Below are positions 1-10,221 of a stretch of DNA of 48,917 bases, one piece after another. A program made the translations under genes and the position numbers. Source of the DNA: an uncultured Clostridium sp. Its GTDB lineage: Bacteria; Bacillota; Clostridia; TANB77; CAG-508. How positions within the stretch are numbered: position 1 is the first letter of the stretch; each line of letters opens with the position of its first letter. The DNA lies in contig CANPFO010000005.1 in the NCBI GenBank assembly GCA_947573555.1, positions 1 to 48,917 on the forward strand. The letters run 5' to 3'. The notes under the pieces were generated by a model. That model ran no database searches and had not been told where the DNA came from. It saw nothing but the letters and a program-made list of their open reading frames with translations.

Positions 1-332
1 AAAGGAATATAATATAGCTTTTTCCCGTGAACATTCCTCAACTTCTTATATAACAGCTTCTATTTTTCATTCCAATCAAGCATTACCAGATATATTTATA
101 TAATAAAAGGTTGGCAAATATGGATTAGAAAATAGGAATATAGGATTAACACATTTGAAAGGAGCGTCACCCTTTTCCAGTTACAAGACAAAATAAAATT
201 TGGACTATAAATTGTAACTACTAGTAAGCAAAAAATAATATAATTTAAAAAATAACTATACAAAATTAAAGAAGAAATGATATAATAACATCAAATAAAA
301 AATAGGGATAAGCGAAAGGAATGAAAGTAACA

Positions 333-2639
333 ATGGGAAATATAGTATTACTAGATGACCTAACAATAAATAAAATAGCAGCTGGAGAAGTTATAGAAAG
401 ACCAGCATCAGTAATAAAAGAAATGGTAGAAAACTCAATAGATGCAGGAGCAAACAACATAACAGTAGAGATAAAAAATGGAGGAATATCACTAATAAAA
501 GTAACAGACAACGGAAAAGGAATAGCTGCAGATGACTTAGAAATAGCATTTGAAAGACATGCAACAAGCAAAATTAGAAAAGCAGAAGATTTAAATCTAG
601 TAACCTCAATGGGGTTTAGAGGGGAAGCATTAGCAAGTATAGCAGCAATAGCAAATGTAGAAATGGTATCAAAAACTGAAAGACAAGAAACTGGATACAA
701 AATAGTAGTAGAAGCAGGAAATATATTAGAAAAAAAAGAAGTAGGATGCCAAACAGGAACATCAATAACAGTAAGAAACTTATTCTTTAATACACCAGTA
801 AGATATAAATTTTTAAAAAAAGATTATACAGAATCAGGATATGTAGAAGATGTAATAACAAGAATTGCATTGGTAAATCCAGATATAGCAATAAAATTAA
901 TAAATACGGGAAAAACAGTAATACAAACAAATGGAAATGGAGATATAAAAAGTGTAATTTACAGTATCTATGGAAAAGATGTAGCAACAGGAATTCTACC
1001 AGTAGAATATACATATGAAGATATGAGAATTACAGGAGTTATAGGAAAACCAGAAATAGCTAGGTCAAATAGAGCAAACCAATTATTTTTCGTAAATAAA
1101 AGATATGTAAAAGATAAGACATTAACAGCAGCAACAGAACAAGCATTTAAAGGACTAATACCATTAGGAAAATTTGGATTTGTTATATTAAATATAGATA
1201 TGAATCCATCAAAAGTAGATGTAAATGTGCATCCAGCAAAATTAGAAGTAAGATTTCAAGATGAGAGCTCTATATTCCAGTCAATATATCATTCAATAAA
1301 AGATACATTATTAAAAAATGAGCTAGTTGCAAATACAGATAATCAAGTAGAAAAAGAAGAATCTAAAGGACTATTTGACTATAGAAAAAATGAAACTAAA
1401 AAAATAGAACAATATAATAATGAAGAAAGTAAAATAAAAACAAATATGATAAATGTTGGACAAGGTGGACCAATAAATACTGCAGATGTTTTAGAGCAAC
1501 TAAGAAAGATGCAGCAGGACTTAGAAAAACAAGTTGAAGAAGATCCAAAAATAAAACTAAATAACACATATACAGAAATGAAAAGTAAGCAACAAGAACA
1601 AGAAAAAGAAATAGAAAATAAAAAAGAAGAAGAAAATAAAGACGAAATACAAAAAGAAAAAATAGAAGAACAACAAAATGAAACAGCAAAAATAGAAGAT
1701 GATAACACACAAGAAAATGTAAAAGAAGAAACAATAGAAGCTAAACAGAACGATATAAAAGAAGAAAAGCAAGAGGGTGTACAAGAAGAAATACAACAGC
1801 AAGAAAGTGTACAAGAAGAGCAACAAATAGAAAAGGTGAATAGAAATGAGGCAGAACAAAAATTAGAAGAAGTAAAAGAACAAATAAAAACAATTGAAAA
1901 TATGCAATATAAAGAAAAAGTAGACTTTAATGAGATGTATACAAAATTATTTGGAACAACACCAACAGCAAACACAGAAAAAGATGAAACATTAAATGAA
2001 AATACAATAGACTTAAAAAAAGATAATATTTCTGTATTTGAAGAAATAGATGAATATAAGAAACAAGAATACAAATTTATAGGAATAGTATTTAACACAT
2101 ACATAATAATAGAAATAGACAAAGAAATGTATATAATAGACCAACATGCAGCACATGAAAGAATAATGTATGAAAAAGTTAAGAAAAACTATTATAATGA
2201 TACATCAAAAGATTCACAAATGTTATTATTGCCAGATATAATAACACTTTCACATAAAGAGATGCAAATAGCAAAAGAAAATCTTCAAATGTTTGAAAAA
2301 GCAGGGTTCAGCTTAGAGGAGTTTGGAGAAAATACTATAAAACTAACAGGAGTGCCAACAGTATGTATAGATATAGATAATAAAGAACTATTTCTAGAAA
2401 CATTAGACCAAATAGATACTGTTGCAAGAACAGCAAAACAAGAAAAAGAAGAAAAATTTATAGCAACAGTTGCATGTAAAGCAGCAGTAAAAGCAAATAT
2501 GGTATTATCCAAAGAAGAAGTAGAAAGCTTAATGGATAAGTTATTAGAATTACCAAATCCATTTACGTGTCCACATGGAAGACCAACAGCAATAAAAATG
2601 AGCAAATACGAGATAGAAAGAAAATTTGCAAGAAAATAA
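333..2639 (+). CDS. mutL: DNA mismatch repair endonuclease MutL, with a long E/K/Q-rich linker
   Basis: IAAGEVIERP, ENSIDAGA, GFRGEAL, DQHAAHERIMYE and CPHGRP motifs. The start is ATG 333 or 321. Confidence 0.97.
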   Translation: MGNIVLLDDLTINKIAAGEVIERPASVIKEMVENSIDAGANNITVEIKNGGISLIKVTDNGKGIAADDLEIAFERHATSKIRKAEDLNLVTSMGFRGEALASIAAIANVEMVSKTERQETGYKIVVEAGNILEKKEVGCQTGTSITVRNLFFNTPVRYKFLKKDYTESGYVEDVITRIALVNPDIAIKLINTGKTVIQTNGNGDIKSVIYSIYGKDVATGILPVEYTYEDMRITGVIGKPEIARSNRANQLFFVNKRYVKDKTLTAATEQAFKGLIPLGKFGFVILNIDMNPSKVDVNVHPAKLEVRFQDESSIFQSIYHSIKDTLLKNELVANTDNQVEKEESKGLFDYRKNETKKIEQYNNEESKIKTNMINVGQGGPINTADVLEQLRKMQQDLEKQVEEDPKIKLNNTYTEMKSKQQEQEKEIENKKEEENKDEIQKEKIEEQQNETAKIEDDNTQENVKEETIEAKQNDIKEEKQEGVQEEIQQQESVQEEQQIEKVNRNEAEQKLEEVKEQIKTIENMQYKEKVDFNEMYTKLFGTTPTANTEKDETLNENTIDLKKDNISVFEEIDEYKKQEYKFIGIVFNTYIIIEIDKEMYIIDQHAAHERIMYEKVKKNYYNDTSKDSQMLLLPDIITLSHKEMQIAKENLQMFEKAGFSLEEFGENTIKLTGVPTVCIDIDNKELFLETLDQIDTVARTAKQEKEEKFIATVACKAAVKANMVLSKEEVESLMDKLLELPNPFTCPHGRPTAIKMSKYEIERKFARK

Positions 2640-2648
2640 GGAGAAAAT

Positions 2649-3077
2649 ATGCAAGCAATTTTAATTGTAATAACAATAATAATAGCAATAATGTTTTTAA
2701 ACCTAATAGCATTAATCTGGAGCAAATTAGGAAATATAGACAATAAAACTAAAACAATATCAATAATTATAGGAATTGTAATGGTATATATAATAACATT
2801 TATAATATTTAATATATCCAAAATTGGAATTATATATGAAGATCCAAAAGTAATGAAAAATATTAGAAGCGTATTTGTAATGCTATTTACAATAATAAAT
2901 AGCTATGCATTATTACCATATTTCTTTAAGAAAATAAATCAAATAAATAATGATGAAATACAGAAAAATGAATTTCAAAGAAGTTTAATAATATTATTGA
3001 TAATAATTGTTACATTATTTATATTTGAAAGTATATATTTTGGTAATACTCAACAAAGGATTTTAGCAATGAAATAA
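2649..3077 (+). CDS. Small membrane protein with about 4 TM segments, function unknown
   Basis: AGGAG RBS and four hydrophobic stretches. Confidence 0.8.
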   Translation: MQAILIVITIIIAIMFLNLIALIWSKLGNIDNKTKTISIIIGIVMVYIITFIIFNISKIGIIYEDPKVMKNIRSVFVMLFTIINSYALLPYFFKKINQINNDEIQKNEFQRSLIILLIIIVTLFIFESIYFGNTQQRILAMK

Positions 3078-3096
3078 GTATAGAAAAGGAAGTAAT

Positions 3097-4014
3097 ATGA
3101 AAGAAAAAGTTATAGTAATATGTGGACCTACTGCATCAGGAAAGACAGCACTTTCAATCGAAGTTGCAAAAAAGATAAATGGAGAGATAGTATCAGCAGA
3201 TTCAATGCAAATATATAAAGACATGAATATAGGAACAGCAAAACCAACTGTAGATGAAATGCAAGGAATAAAACATTATCTACTAGATTTTGTTTCACCA
3301 AATGTCAGATATAGTGTTGCACAATACAAACTAGATGCAAAGGAAGCAATAAAAGAAATAATATCAAAGGGAAAGACGCCAATAATAGTTGGGGGAACAG
3401 GCCTATATGTAGATAGTTTAATATATGAAATAGAATATAATGATATTAAATTAGATGAAGAATATAGAAGAGAATTAGAAAAAATTGCAGAAAATGATGG
3501 GTTAGAAGTACTATATGACAAGGCTATGAAGATAGATAGTCAAGCAATGCAAAAAATAAGTCCAAATGATAAAAAAAGAATAATGAGAGTATTAGAAATA
3601 TATAAAGCAACAGGAAAAACTAAAACAGAACAAGAAATTGAATCAAGAAAAAAACCAATTGAATATGATTATAAAGTATTTGCAATAAATTGGGAAAGAG
3701 AAAGATTATATCAAAGAATAAATAAAAGAGTAGATATAATGATAGAAAAAGGTCTAATACAAGAAGTTAAAAATATTATTAACCAATATAATGAATTCCC
3801 TACAGCAATGCAAGGATTAGGATATAAAGAAGTTGTTGATTATATAAATGGAATATATACTGAAGAAGAAATGATAGAAAAAATAAAAATGGAAACAAGA
3901 AGATATGCTAAAAGACAATTAACATGGTTTAGAAAAAATAAACAAACAATATGGATAGACGGAACAAATGATGTACAGAGTAATATAAATATTATTTTGG
4001 AGGAAATAAATTGA
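3097..4014 (+). CDS. miaA: tRNA (adenosine37-N6)-dimethylallyltransferase
   Basis: GPTASGKT, DSMQIY, IGTAKP, VGGTGLY and YAKRQLTWF motifs. Confidence 0.97.
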   Translation: MKEKVIVICGPTASGKTALSIEVAKKINGEIVSADSMQIYKDMNIGTAKPTVDEMQGIKHYLLDFVSPNVRYSVAQYKLDAKEAIKEIISKGKTPIIVGGTGLYVDSLIYEIEYNDIKLDEEYRRELEKIAENDGLEVLYDKAMKIDSQAMQKISPNDKKRIMRVLEIYKATGKTKTEQEIESRKKPIEYDYKVFAINWERERLYQRINKRVDIMIEKGLIQEVKNIINQYNEFPTAMQGLGYKEVVDYINGIYTEEEMIEKIKMETRRYAKRQLTWFRKNKQTIWIDGTNDVQSNINIILEEIN

Positions 4015-5256
4015 ATAAAGTTACAGAAAGAAAAAATAAATTAAATAGAAAAAGGTTAATTATATATTTTGCTTTTTCGCTATTATTAATATACTTAATA
4101 TATGCAGTATATTTGCTTGCAAAAGAACCTATAAACAAAGTAACTGTTGAACAGCGGAACATTATATTTAGAAGAAACTAAAATAGGATATGTAATAAGA
4201 GAAGAACAAGTTGTAAAAGGAAACAATTACAAAAATGGAATGGAACAAATAAAAAATGAAGGAGAAAAAACAGCAAAAAATGATTCTATATATAGATATT
4301 ACAGCAAAAACGAAGAAAAACTGAAAACACAAATTTCTGAACTAGACGAAAAAATACAAGAAGCATTAAAAGGACAAAAACTAAAATATCCTATAGATAT
4401 AAAACTACTGGAAAATCAATTAGATGAAAGAATACAACTATTAAGTAAAGAGACAGATATATCAGCAATAACAGAATATCATAAAAAGATAAGTAGTATA
4501 GTAACTAAAAAATCAAAAATGATAGGTGAATTAAGTACAGCAGGTACATATTTAAAGCAATTATATGATGAGAGAACAAAATTAGAAGAACAGCTAAATT
4601 CAGGAGCAGAATATATATCGGCTCCAGTAAGTGGAATAGTATCATATAAAGTAGATGGATTAGAAGAAATTTTAGTTCCAGATAACTTTTCTTCATTAAG
4701 TAAACACATGTTAGAAAATTTAAAGCTTAAAACAGGTCAACTAATTGCAACTAATAATGAATGTGGAAAAATAATAAATAGTGACAAATGCTATATAGCA
4801 ACAATAACAGATTCAGAAGCATCTAAAAATGCAAAGTTAGGAGATAAAGTACAAATAAGGCTATCAAATAATAAGATTATTGATTCAAAAATAGAATATA
4901 TATCACAAGAAAATGAAGATGAAAAATTAATTATTTTTATGATAAATAGAGAGATAAAGGAATTGGCAAATTATAGGAAAATTTCATTTGATTTAATCTG
5001 GTGGAATGATAAAGGATTAAAAGTACCTAATCAAGCAATAATAGAACAAGATGGTTTAAATTATGTAGTTAAAAATAGAGCAGGTTACTTAAGTAAAGTT
5101 TTAATAAAAATAAAAAAGACGAATGGTAAATATTCTATAGTTTCAAATTATAGTATAGACGAATTTAGAGAATTAGGAATACCAAGTAGTCAAATGAAAA
5201 GTATATCATTATATGATGAATTAATGCTAAATCCAAATTTAAACGAGATTGAATAA
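4011..5256 (+). CDS. HlyD-like membrane-fusion-type protein, interrupted by a +1 frameshift at CGG-A (4155)
   Basis: TTG start at 4011 after a GGAGG RBS. The first frame encodes a basic N-terminus and a TM anchor. The body (coiled coil, ISAPVSGIVSY.VDGLE, GLKVPNQAI) continues in the +1 frame from GGA 4156. Confidence 0.75.
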
Positions 5257-5394
5257 TATCTTTATGCAATATTACAATAATATTACAGTAATATTAAAAA
5301 AATATTACTTTTAATAAAAGTATTGACAATAAATGAAAAAAAGTAGATACTAATATCAAATAATATGTGAAAAAAGTTTTTAGGAGGTTTTTTT

Positions 5395-5889
5395 ATGTCA
5401 GGAGCATTAATGGACAAAGTATGGGGATTATTTGGAATGGATACAGCTGAATCAGAAGAATATGAAGATGAAGATATATATGAAAATGAATATGATGATG
5501 AAGAGGAAGAAGAAATAGAAGATAGAAAAATATTTGGTTCTAAAAGAAACAATTCTAAAGTTATAAACATGGCACAAGGACAAGCAATAAAAATGGTTAT
5601 ATCACAACCAACAACATTTGAACAATCAGATGAAATTTGCAGTTTCTTAAAAGAAAAAAAATCTGTAATAGTAAATTTAGAATATGTTAACAAAGAAGTT
5701 GCTAGAAGAATTGTAGATTTTATTAGCGGTGGAGTATATGCATTAGATGGATATATACAAAAAGTATCAAATTCAATATTCTTGGTAGCACCATCAAATT
5801 ATGAAATAACAAATGAAATGGCAAGAGAAGAAATGAAAAGTAAATTATCTGTTTCATGGTTAAGAAATAATAACAATATAAACAACTAG
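5395..5889 (+). CDS. sepF: Cell division protein SepF
   Basis: Acidic N-terminal linker, VIVNLE, ARRIVDFISGGVYALDG and IFLVAP motifs. AGGAGG RBS. Confidence 0.95.
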   Translation: MSGALMDKVWGLFGMDTAESEEYEDEDIYENEYDDEEEEEIEDRKIFGSKRNNSKVINMAQGQAIKMVISQPTTFEQSDEICSFLKEKKSVIVNLEYVNKEVARRIVDFISGGVYALDGYIQKVSNSIFLVAPSNYEITNEMAREEMKSKLSVSWLRNNNNINN

Positions 5890-5918
5890 TATTTTTATAC
5901 TATTTAGGAGGGGAAAAA

Positions 5919-6380
5919 ATGATAACACCTTTAGATATAGAAAATAAACGATTTGCAAAACAAATGATGAACGGATATAGTGTAGAAGAAGTTGATGAGT
6001 TTTTAGATGAATTAACAGAAGATTATACTAAAAATTACAAAGATGTTAATGAATTAAAAGTAAAAGTTGATGAATTAAATAATAGTTTAGCTCAATATAG
6101 AACAATAGAATCAACATTGCAAAATACATTAGTAATGGCACAAACAACAGCAGAAGAAGTTAAAAATGTTGCAAAACAAAAAGCAGACCAAATAGTGGAA
6201 GATGCAAAATCAAACGCTCAAAAAAAAGTTGATGAATTAAATAGCGAAATACTTATAAAACAAAAAGAATTAGAAGATATAAAAAAACAATTTGATATAT
6301 ATAAAGCAAAAATGGAATCATTGTTAATTTCACAATTAGAATTACTAAAAGATGTTAATAAAGATGACACAAATTACTAA
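5919..6380 (+). CDS. divIVA: DivIVA domain protein
   Basis: ITPLDIENKRF and GYSVEEVDEFLD, followed by a coiled coil. Confidence 0.93.
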   Translation: MITPLDIENKRFAKQMMNGYSVEEVDEFLDELTEDYTKNYKDVNELKVKVDELNNSLAQYRTIESTLQNTLVMAQTTAEEVKNVAKQKADQIVEDAKSNAQKKVDELNSEILIKQKELEDIKKQFDIYKAKMESLLISQLELLKDVNKDDTNY

Positions 6381-6382
6381 AG

Positions 6383-6409
6383 AAAACTACCTTACAAAAG
6401 GTAGTTTTT
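6383..6409 (+). terminator. Rho-independent terminator after divIVA
   Basis: aaaactacctt/aaggtagtttt stem with a T tail. Confidence 0.8.
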
Positions 6410-6596
6410 ATTAGTTAGTAGTCATTTTTATTAGACTAATTACTAGAAATTTTTTATATAAAAAGTAAAATAAAATAGAAAAATATTACAATTTAGGAAT
6501 AATGTTACAGAACTGTTAAATGTATATTACAATTTTATTAATACTATTGACTTTGATAAAAAAAAGAATAAAATTATATCGTAGGAGAAAAGTAAA

Positions 6597-7154
6597 ATGA
6601 GGATAATAAGTGGGATAGCGAGAGGAACAAAATTATTTACACTAGAAGGAGAAACTACTAGACCAACGTTAGATAGGGTAAAAGAATCACTATTTAATAT
6701 AATACAAAATGAAATATTAAACTCAAAGTTTTTAGATTTATTTGCAGGTAGTGGAGCAATAGGATTAGAGGCTGCGAGTAGAGGCGCACAAAAAGTTATA
6801 TTATGTGATAAATCTAAAGATGCGATATGTATAATAAATAAAAACATTGAAAAAACACATTTAGAAGAAAAAATAGAATTATATAATTTAGACTTTGAAC
6901 AAATATTAAAACAAAAAATTAAAGAAAAAATTGATATAATATACATAGATCCACCATACAATTCAAATTTTGCAATAAAAGCAGTAGAATTAATAATACA
7001 AGAAAAAATAATTGATGAAAACTCAATAATAATTATAGAGACTGACAATGCTACTAAGATTAAAAATGAATTAGAAAAACTAGCTACTACAACTATAGAT
7101 GAAAGAAAATATGGAAGAGCAACATTAATCTTTTTAAAAATTAGAAAGGGGTAA
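6597..7154 (+). CDS. rsmD: 16S rRNA (guanine966-N2)-methyltransferase
   Basis: MRIISG, TRPTLDRVKESLFN, LDLFAGSG and DPPY motifs. Confidence 0.95.
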   Translation: MRIISGIARGTKLFTLEGETTRPTLDRVKESLFNIIQNEILNSKFLDLFAGSGAIGLEAASRGAQKVILCDKSKDAICIINKNIEKTHLEEKIELYNLDFEQILKQKIKEKIDIIYIDPPYNSNFAIKAVELIIQEKIIDENSIIIIETDNATKIKNELEKLATTTIDERKYGRATLIFLKIRKG

Positions 7155-7157
7155 ACC

Positions 7158-7661
7158 ATGGAAATATTTGAACTACTAGAATCTTTAGAAGACATAATTG
7201 AAAAGGGAAAAAATGTACCATTTACAAATAAAGGAGTAATTGATAAAGATGATATACTAGACTTAATAAAAGAGATTAGATTAAAATTACCAGATGAGTT
7301 AAAACAAGCTAAATGGGTAAAAGAAGAAAGACAACGTATATTAGTTGAAGCACAAAAAGAAGCAGATGGAATTGTAAAGGAAGCAGAGAATAGAATTATT
7401 TCTATGATAGATGAACATGAAATTACAAGAAAAGCATATGAGCAAAAGAAAGAAATAATAGAAAGTGCTAATGAAAGGTCTAGAGAAATTTCAAATGGAA
7501 CTAAAGAATATGCAGATGAGTTATTATTACAAACAGAAGACGTGCTAACAAAAACATTAGAGAATCTAGGAAAAAATATTTCAGAAGCATTAAATTTAAT
7601 GGAACTATCAATAGAAGATACAATAAAAACAGTGCAAAATAGTAGAAAAGAATTAAAATAA
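7158..7661 (+). CDS. Conserved coiled-coil protein of the family usually found after rsmD-coaD
   Basis: IRLKLPDELKQAKWVKEERQRILVEA motif and its position. Confidence 0.8.
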   Translation: MEIFELLESLEDIIEKGKNVPFTNKGVIDKDDILDLIKEIRLKLPDELKQAKWVKEERQRILVEAQKEADGIVKEAENRIISMIDEHEITRKAYEQKKEIIESANERSREISNGTKEYADELLLQTEDVLTKTLENLGKNISEALNLMELSIEDTIKTVQNSRKELK

Positions 7662-7665
7662 AAAA

Positions 7666-7706
7666 TTAGGAGGGATTACAGGGGTCAAGCTTAAAATCCC
7701 TCCTAA
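7666..7706. repeat. Hairpin with a 12-bp stem and a GGGGTCA-containing loop (REP-like or terminator)
   Basis: ttaggagggatt/aatccctcctaa stem with a 17-nt loop. Confidence 0.6.
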
Positions 7707-7756
7707 AAAAATGTAAAATATAGTTTAGATAAAATACAAGTTAAATGGAGGTAGCA

Positions 7757-10189
7757 ATGGCAAAAAGAAAAAATACAAAGAAAAAGGTATCAAAAAAGAA
7801 ATCATCAAATATAGATCTAACTGTAGTAGGAATGATAGTATTAAGTATATTATTAGCAGTATTAATATATGGAAAATCAGGAGTAGTAGGAGCAAAATTA
7901 AGCGAAATTTTAGGTGGAATGATGGGAATAATAAAATATGTTCTACCAATTGGAATATTTGCAGTTGGAATAAAAATTGCTTGTGAAGATAATGAATATA
8001 TAACATCAAAATTAATACAATATACAATATTATTGATAAGCTTTTCAGTATTAGTAAGTGTGTATCAAATAGACATAGGAGATTTAACAATAAACAATAA
8101 AGAAATGTCAGACATAGTTAAAGAGGCATATGCTTTAGGAACTCAAGAAAATGGAGGTGGAGCTCTTGGAGCAATTATAGCAACACCAGTAGTTAATTTA
8201 CTTGGAAAAGTTGGAGCTGCTATATTATGCATAGGGGCTGTTGCTATGTTTGCAGTATTTACATTTGGAATTAGTATGTCAGATATAATAAATAATTTTG
8301 TACAAAAAACAGAAAAAAATAGAGAAGAAAGACTAGAAAGAAAACATCAATTAAGAGAAGAACAACAAAAAGCAAGACAAGCAGAAATAGAAGAAAGAAG
8401 AAGAAAAAAGGAAATGATGAGAGAATCATTAAAGCAAGATGATTTTATAGACGAACAAGTAGGTGAGCAAATTAAAATTAACTTTGGTGGAAGAATTATG
8501 GAAGAAAATGATTCCAAAGGAAGAAAAAAATATGACCACCAAAATGATGATTTAGAGCCATTAACTAAAGAAACAAAAAAAGCACAACTAGAGAAAGTGC
8601 AACCAGATGTAATAGAAAATAATTTATTTAAACAAGAAGAAGAGAAAAAAGAAGATAAAACAAAAGAAGTTTTACAATTAGAACATGCAATGGTTGTAGA
8701 AGACGAAAATTATGAATATCCACCTATAGAAATATTGAGTAAACCAGATAAAAAGACATTAAAGGGTGGAGCAAAAGCATTAACAGAAACTGCAACAAAA
8801 TTGCAAAAAACATTATATAGTTTTGGAGTATCTGCAAAAGTAGAAAATGTTTCAGTTGGACCAGCCATTACAAGATATGAACTTAAACCAGCAGAAGGAG
8901 TAAGAGTAAGTAAAATTGCTAATTTAGCAGACGATATAGCGTTAAATTTAGCAGCAGAAACAATAAGAATCGAGGCTCCAATACCAGGAAAACAAGCTGT
9001 CGGAATAGAAGTACCAAATAAAGAAAAAGAAGCAGTACATTTAAGAGAAGTATTAGAAAGTGAAGCATTTCAAGATAATAAATCAAAGTTAACAGTAGCA
9101 TTAGGAAAAGACGTTGCTGGAAATGTACAATTAGCAGACATTGCTAAAATGCCACACGTTTTAATTGCAGGTTCAACAGGTTCTGGAAAGAGTGTATGTA
9201 TAAATACTATAATAACCAGCATAATTTATAATAGTAAGCCAAGTGAAGTAAAAATGGTTATGGTAGATCCAAAAGTAGTTGAATTATCTGTATATAACGG
9301 AATACCACACTTGTTAATACCAGTAGTTACAGATCCAAAAAAAGCAGCAGGAGCTTTAGCGTGGGCTGTACAAGAAATGGATAATAGATATAATTTATTT
9401 GCAACTAAAGGAGTAAGAGACTTAAAAGGATATAATAAAGCAATAGAGAAAGAAGAAGGAATTGGACAATTACCACAAATAGTAATAATAGTAGATGAGT
9501 TAGCAGACTTAATGATGGTAGCTGCAAAAGATGTTGAAGAAGCAATATGTAGATTAGCACAAAAAGCTAGAGCTGCTGGAATGCACTTAGTAATTGCAAC
9601 ACAAAGACCATCAGTAGATGTAATTACAGGACTAATTAAAGCAAATGTACCATCAAGAATAGCATTTGCAGTATCATCACAAGTAGACTCAAGAACTATA
9701 TTAGATTCTGTAGGAGCTGAAAAATTATTAGGTAAGGGAGATATGTTGTTCTTCCCATCTGGAGCACCAAAACCAGTCAGAGTTCAGGGGGCATTTGTGT
9801 CAGATGATGAAGTAGAAAAAATAGTTGACTTTGTAAAACAAAATGGAACAGCAACATATAGTGAAGATATATTAGAAAGAATTGAAAATAATAATAAAAC
9901 TGAAAAAGAACTAATGCAAGAACAAGCAGAAGATGACGAAACAGATCCATTTTTAATGGAAGCAATTGATGCGGTTGTTGAACAAGGACAAGCATCAACA
10001 TCTTTTATACAAAGAAGATTTAAAGTAGGATATGCAAGAGCAGGAAGAATTATAGACCAAATGGAAGAAAGAGGAATAATCTCAGGATACCAAGGAAGTA
10101 AACCAAGAGAAGTTCTAATCACGAAAGAAAGACTAGAAGAATTAAAAATGGGGACAGATATAAAAGAAAATGAACAATATGTGGATTAG
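7757..10189 (+). CDS. ftsK: DNA translocase FtsK/SpoIIIE
   Basis: N-terminal TM domain, PHVLIAGSTGSGKS, VDELADLMM, LVIATQRPSVDV and a gamma domain (GYARAGRIIDQME). Confidence 0.96.
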   Translation: MAKRKNTKKKVSKKKSSNIDLTVVGMIVLSILLAVLIYGKSGVVGAKLSEILGGMMGIIKYVLPIGIFAVGIKIACEDNEYITSKLIQYTILLISFSVLVSVYQIDIGDLTINNKEMSDIVKEAYALGTQENGGGALGAIIATPVVNLLGKVGAAILCIGAVAMFAVFTFGISMSDIINNFVQKTEKNREERLERKHQLREEQQKARQAEIEERRRKKEMMRESLKQDDFIDEQVGEQIKINFGGRIMEENDSKGRKKYDHQNDDLEPLTKETKKAQLEKVQPDVIENNLFKQEEEKKEDKTKEVLQLEHAMVVEDENYEYPPIEILSKPDKKTLKGGAKALTETATKLQKTLYSFGVSAKVENVSVGPAITRYELKPAEGVRVSKIANLADDIALNLAAETIRIEAPIPGKQAVGIEVPNKEKEAVHLREVLESEAFQDNKSKLTVALGKDVAGNVQLADIAKMPHVLIAGSTGSGKSVCINTIITSIIYNSKPSEVKMVMVDPKVVELSVYNGIPHLLIPVVTDPKKAAGALAWAVQEMDNRYNLFATKGVRDLKGYNKAIEKEEGIGQLPQIVIIVDELADLMMVAAKDVEEAICRLAQKARAAGMHLVIATQRPSVDVITGLIKANVPSRIAFAVSSQVDSRTILDSVGAEKLLGKGDMLFFPSGAPKPVRVQGAFVSDDEVEKIVDFVKQNGTATYSEDILERIENNNKTEKELMQEQAEDDETDPFLMEAIDAVVEQGQASTSFIQRRFKVGYARAGRIIDQMEERGIISGYQGSKPREVLITKERLEELKMGTDIKENEQYVD

Positions 10190-10221
10190 TAATACTGAAA
10201 AATAATGAAATGGAGGGGAAA

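Noticed and set aside
1-200. Possible minus-strand gene start and a small hairpin at 157-177
   Set aside because: Only very short frames truncated by the window edge are present, and the similarity to the REPs is too weak.
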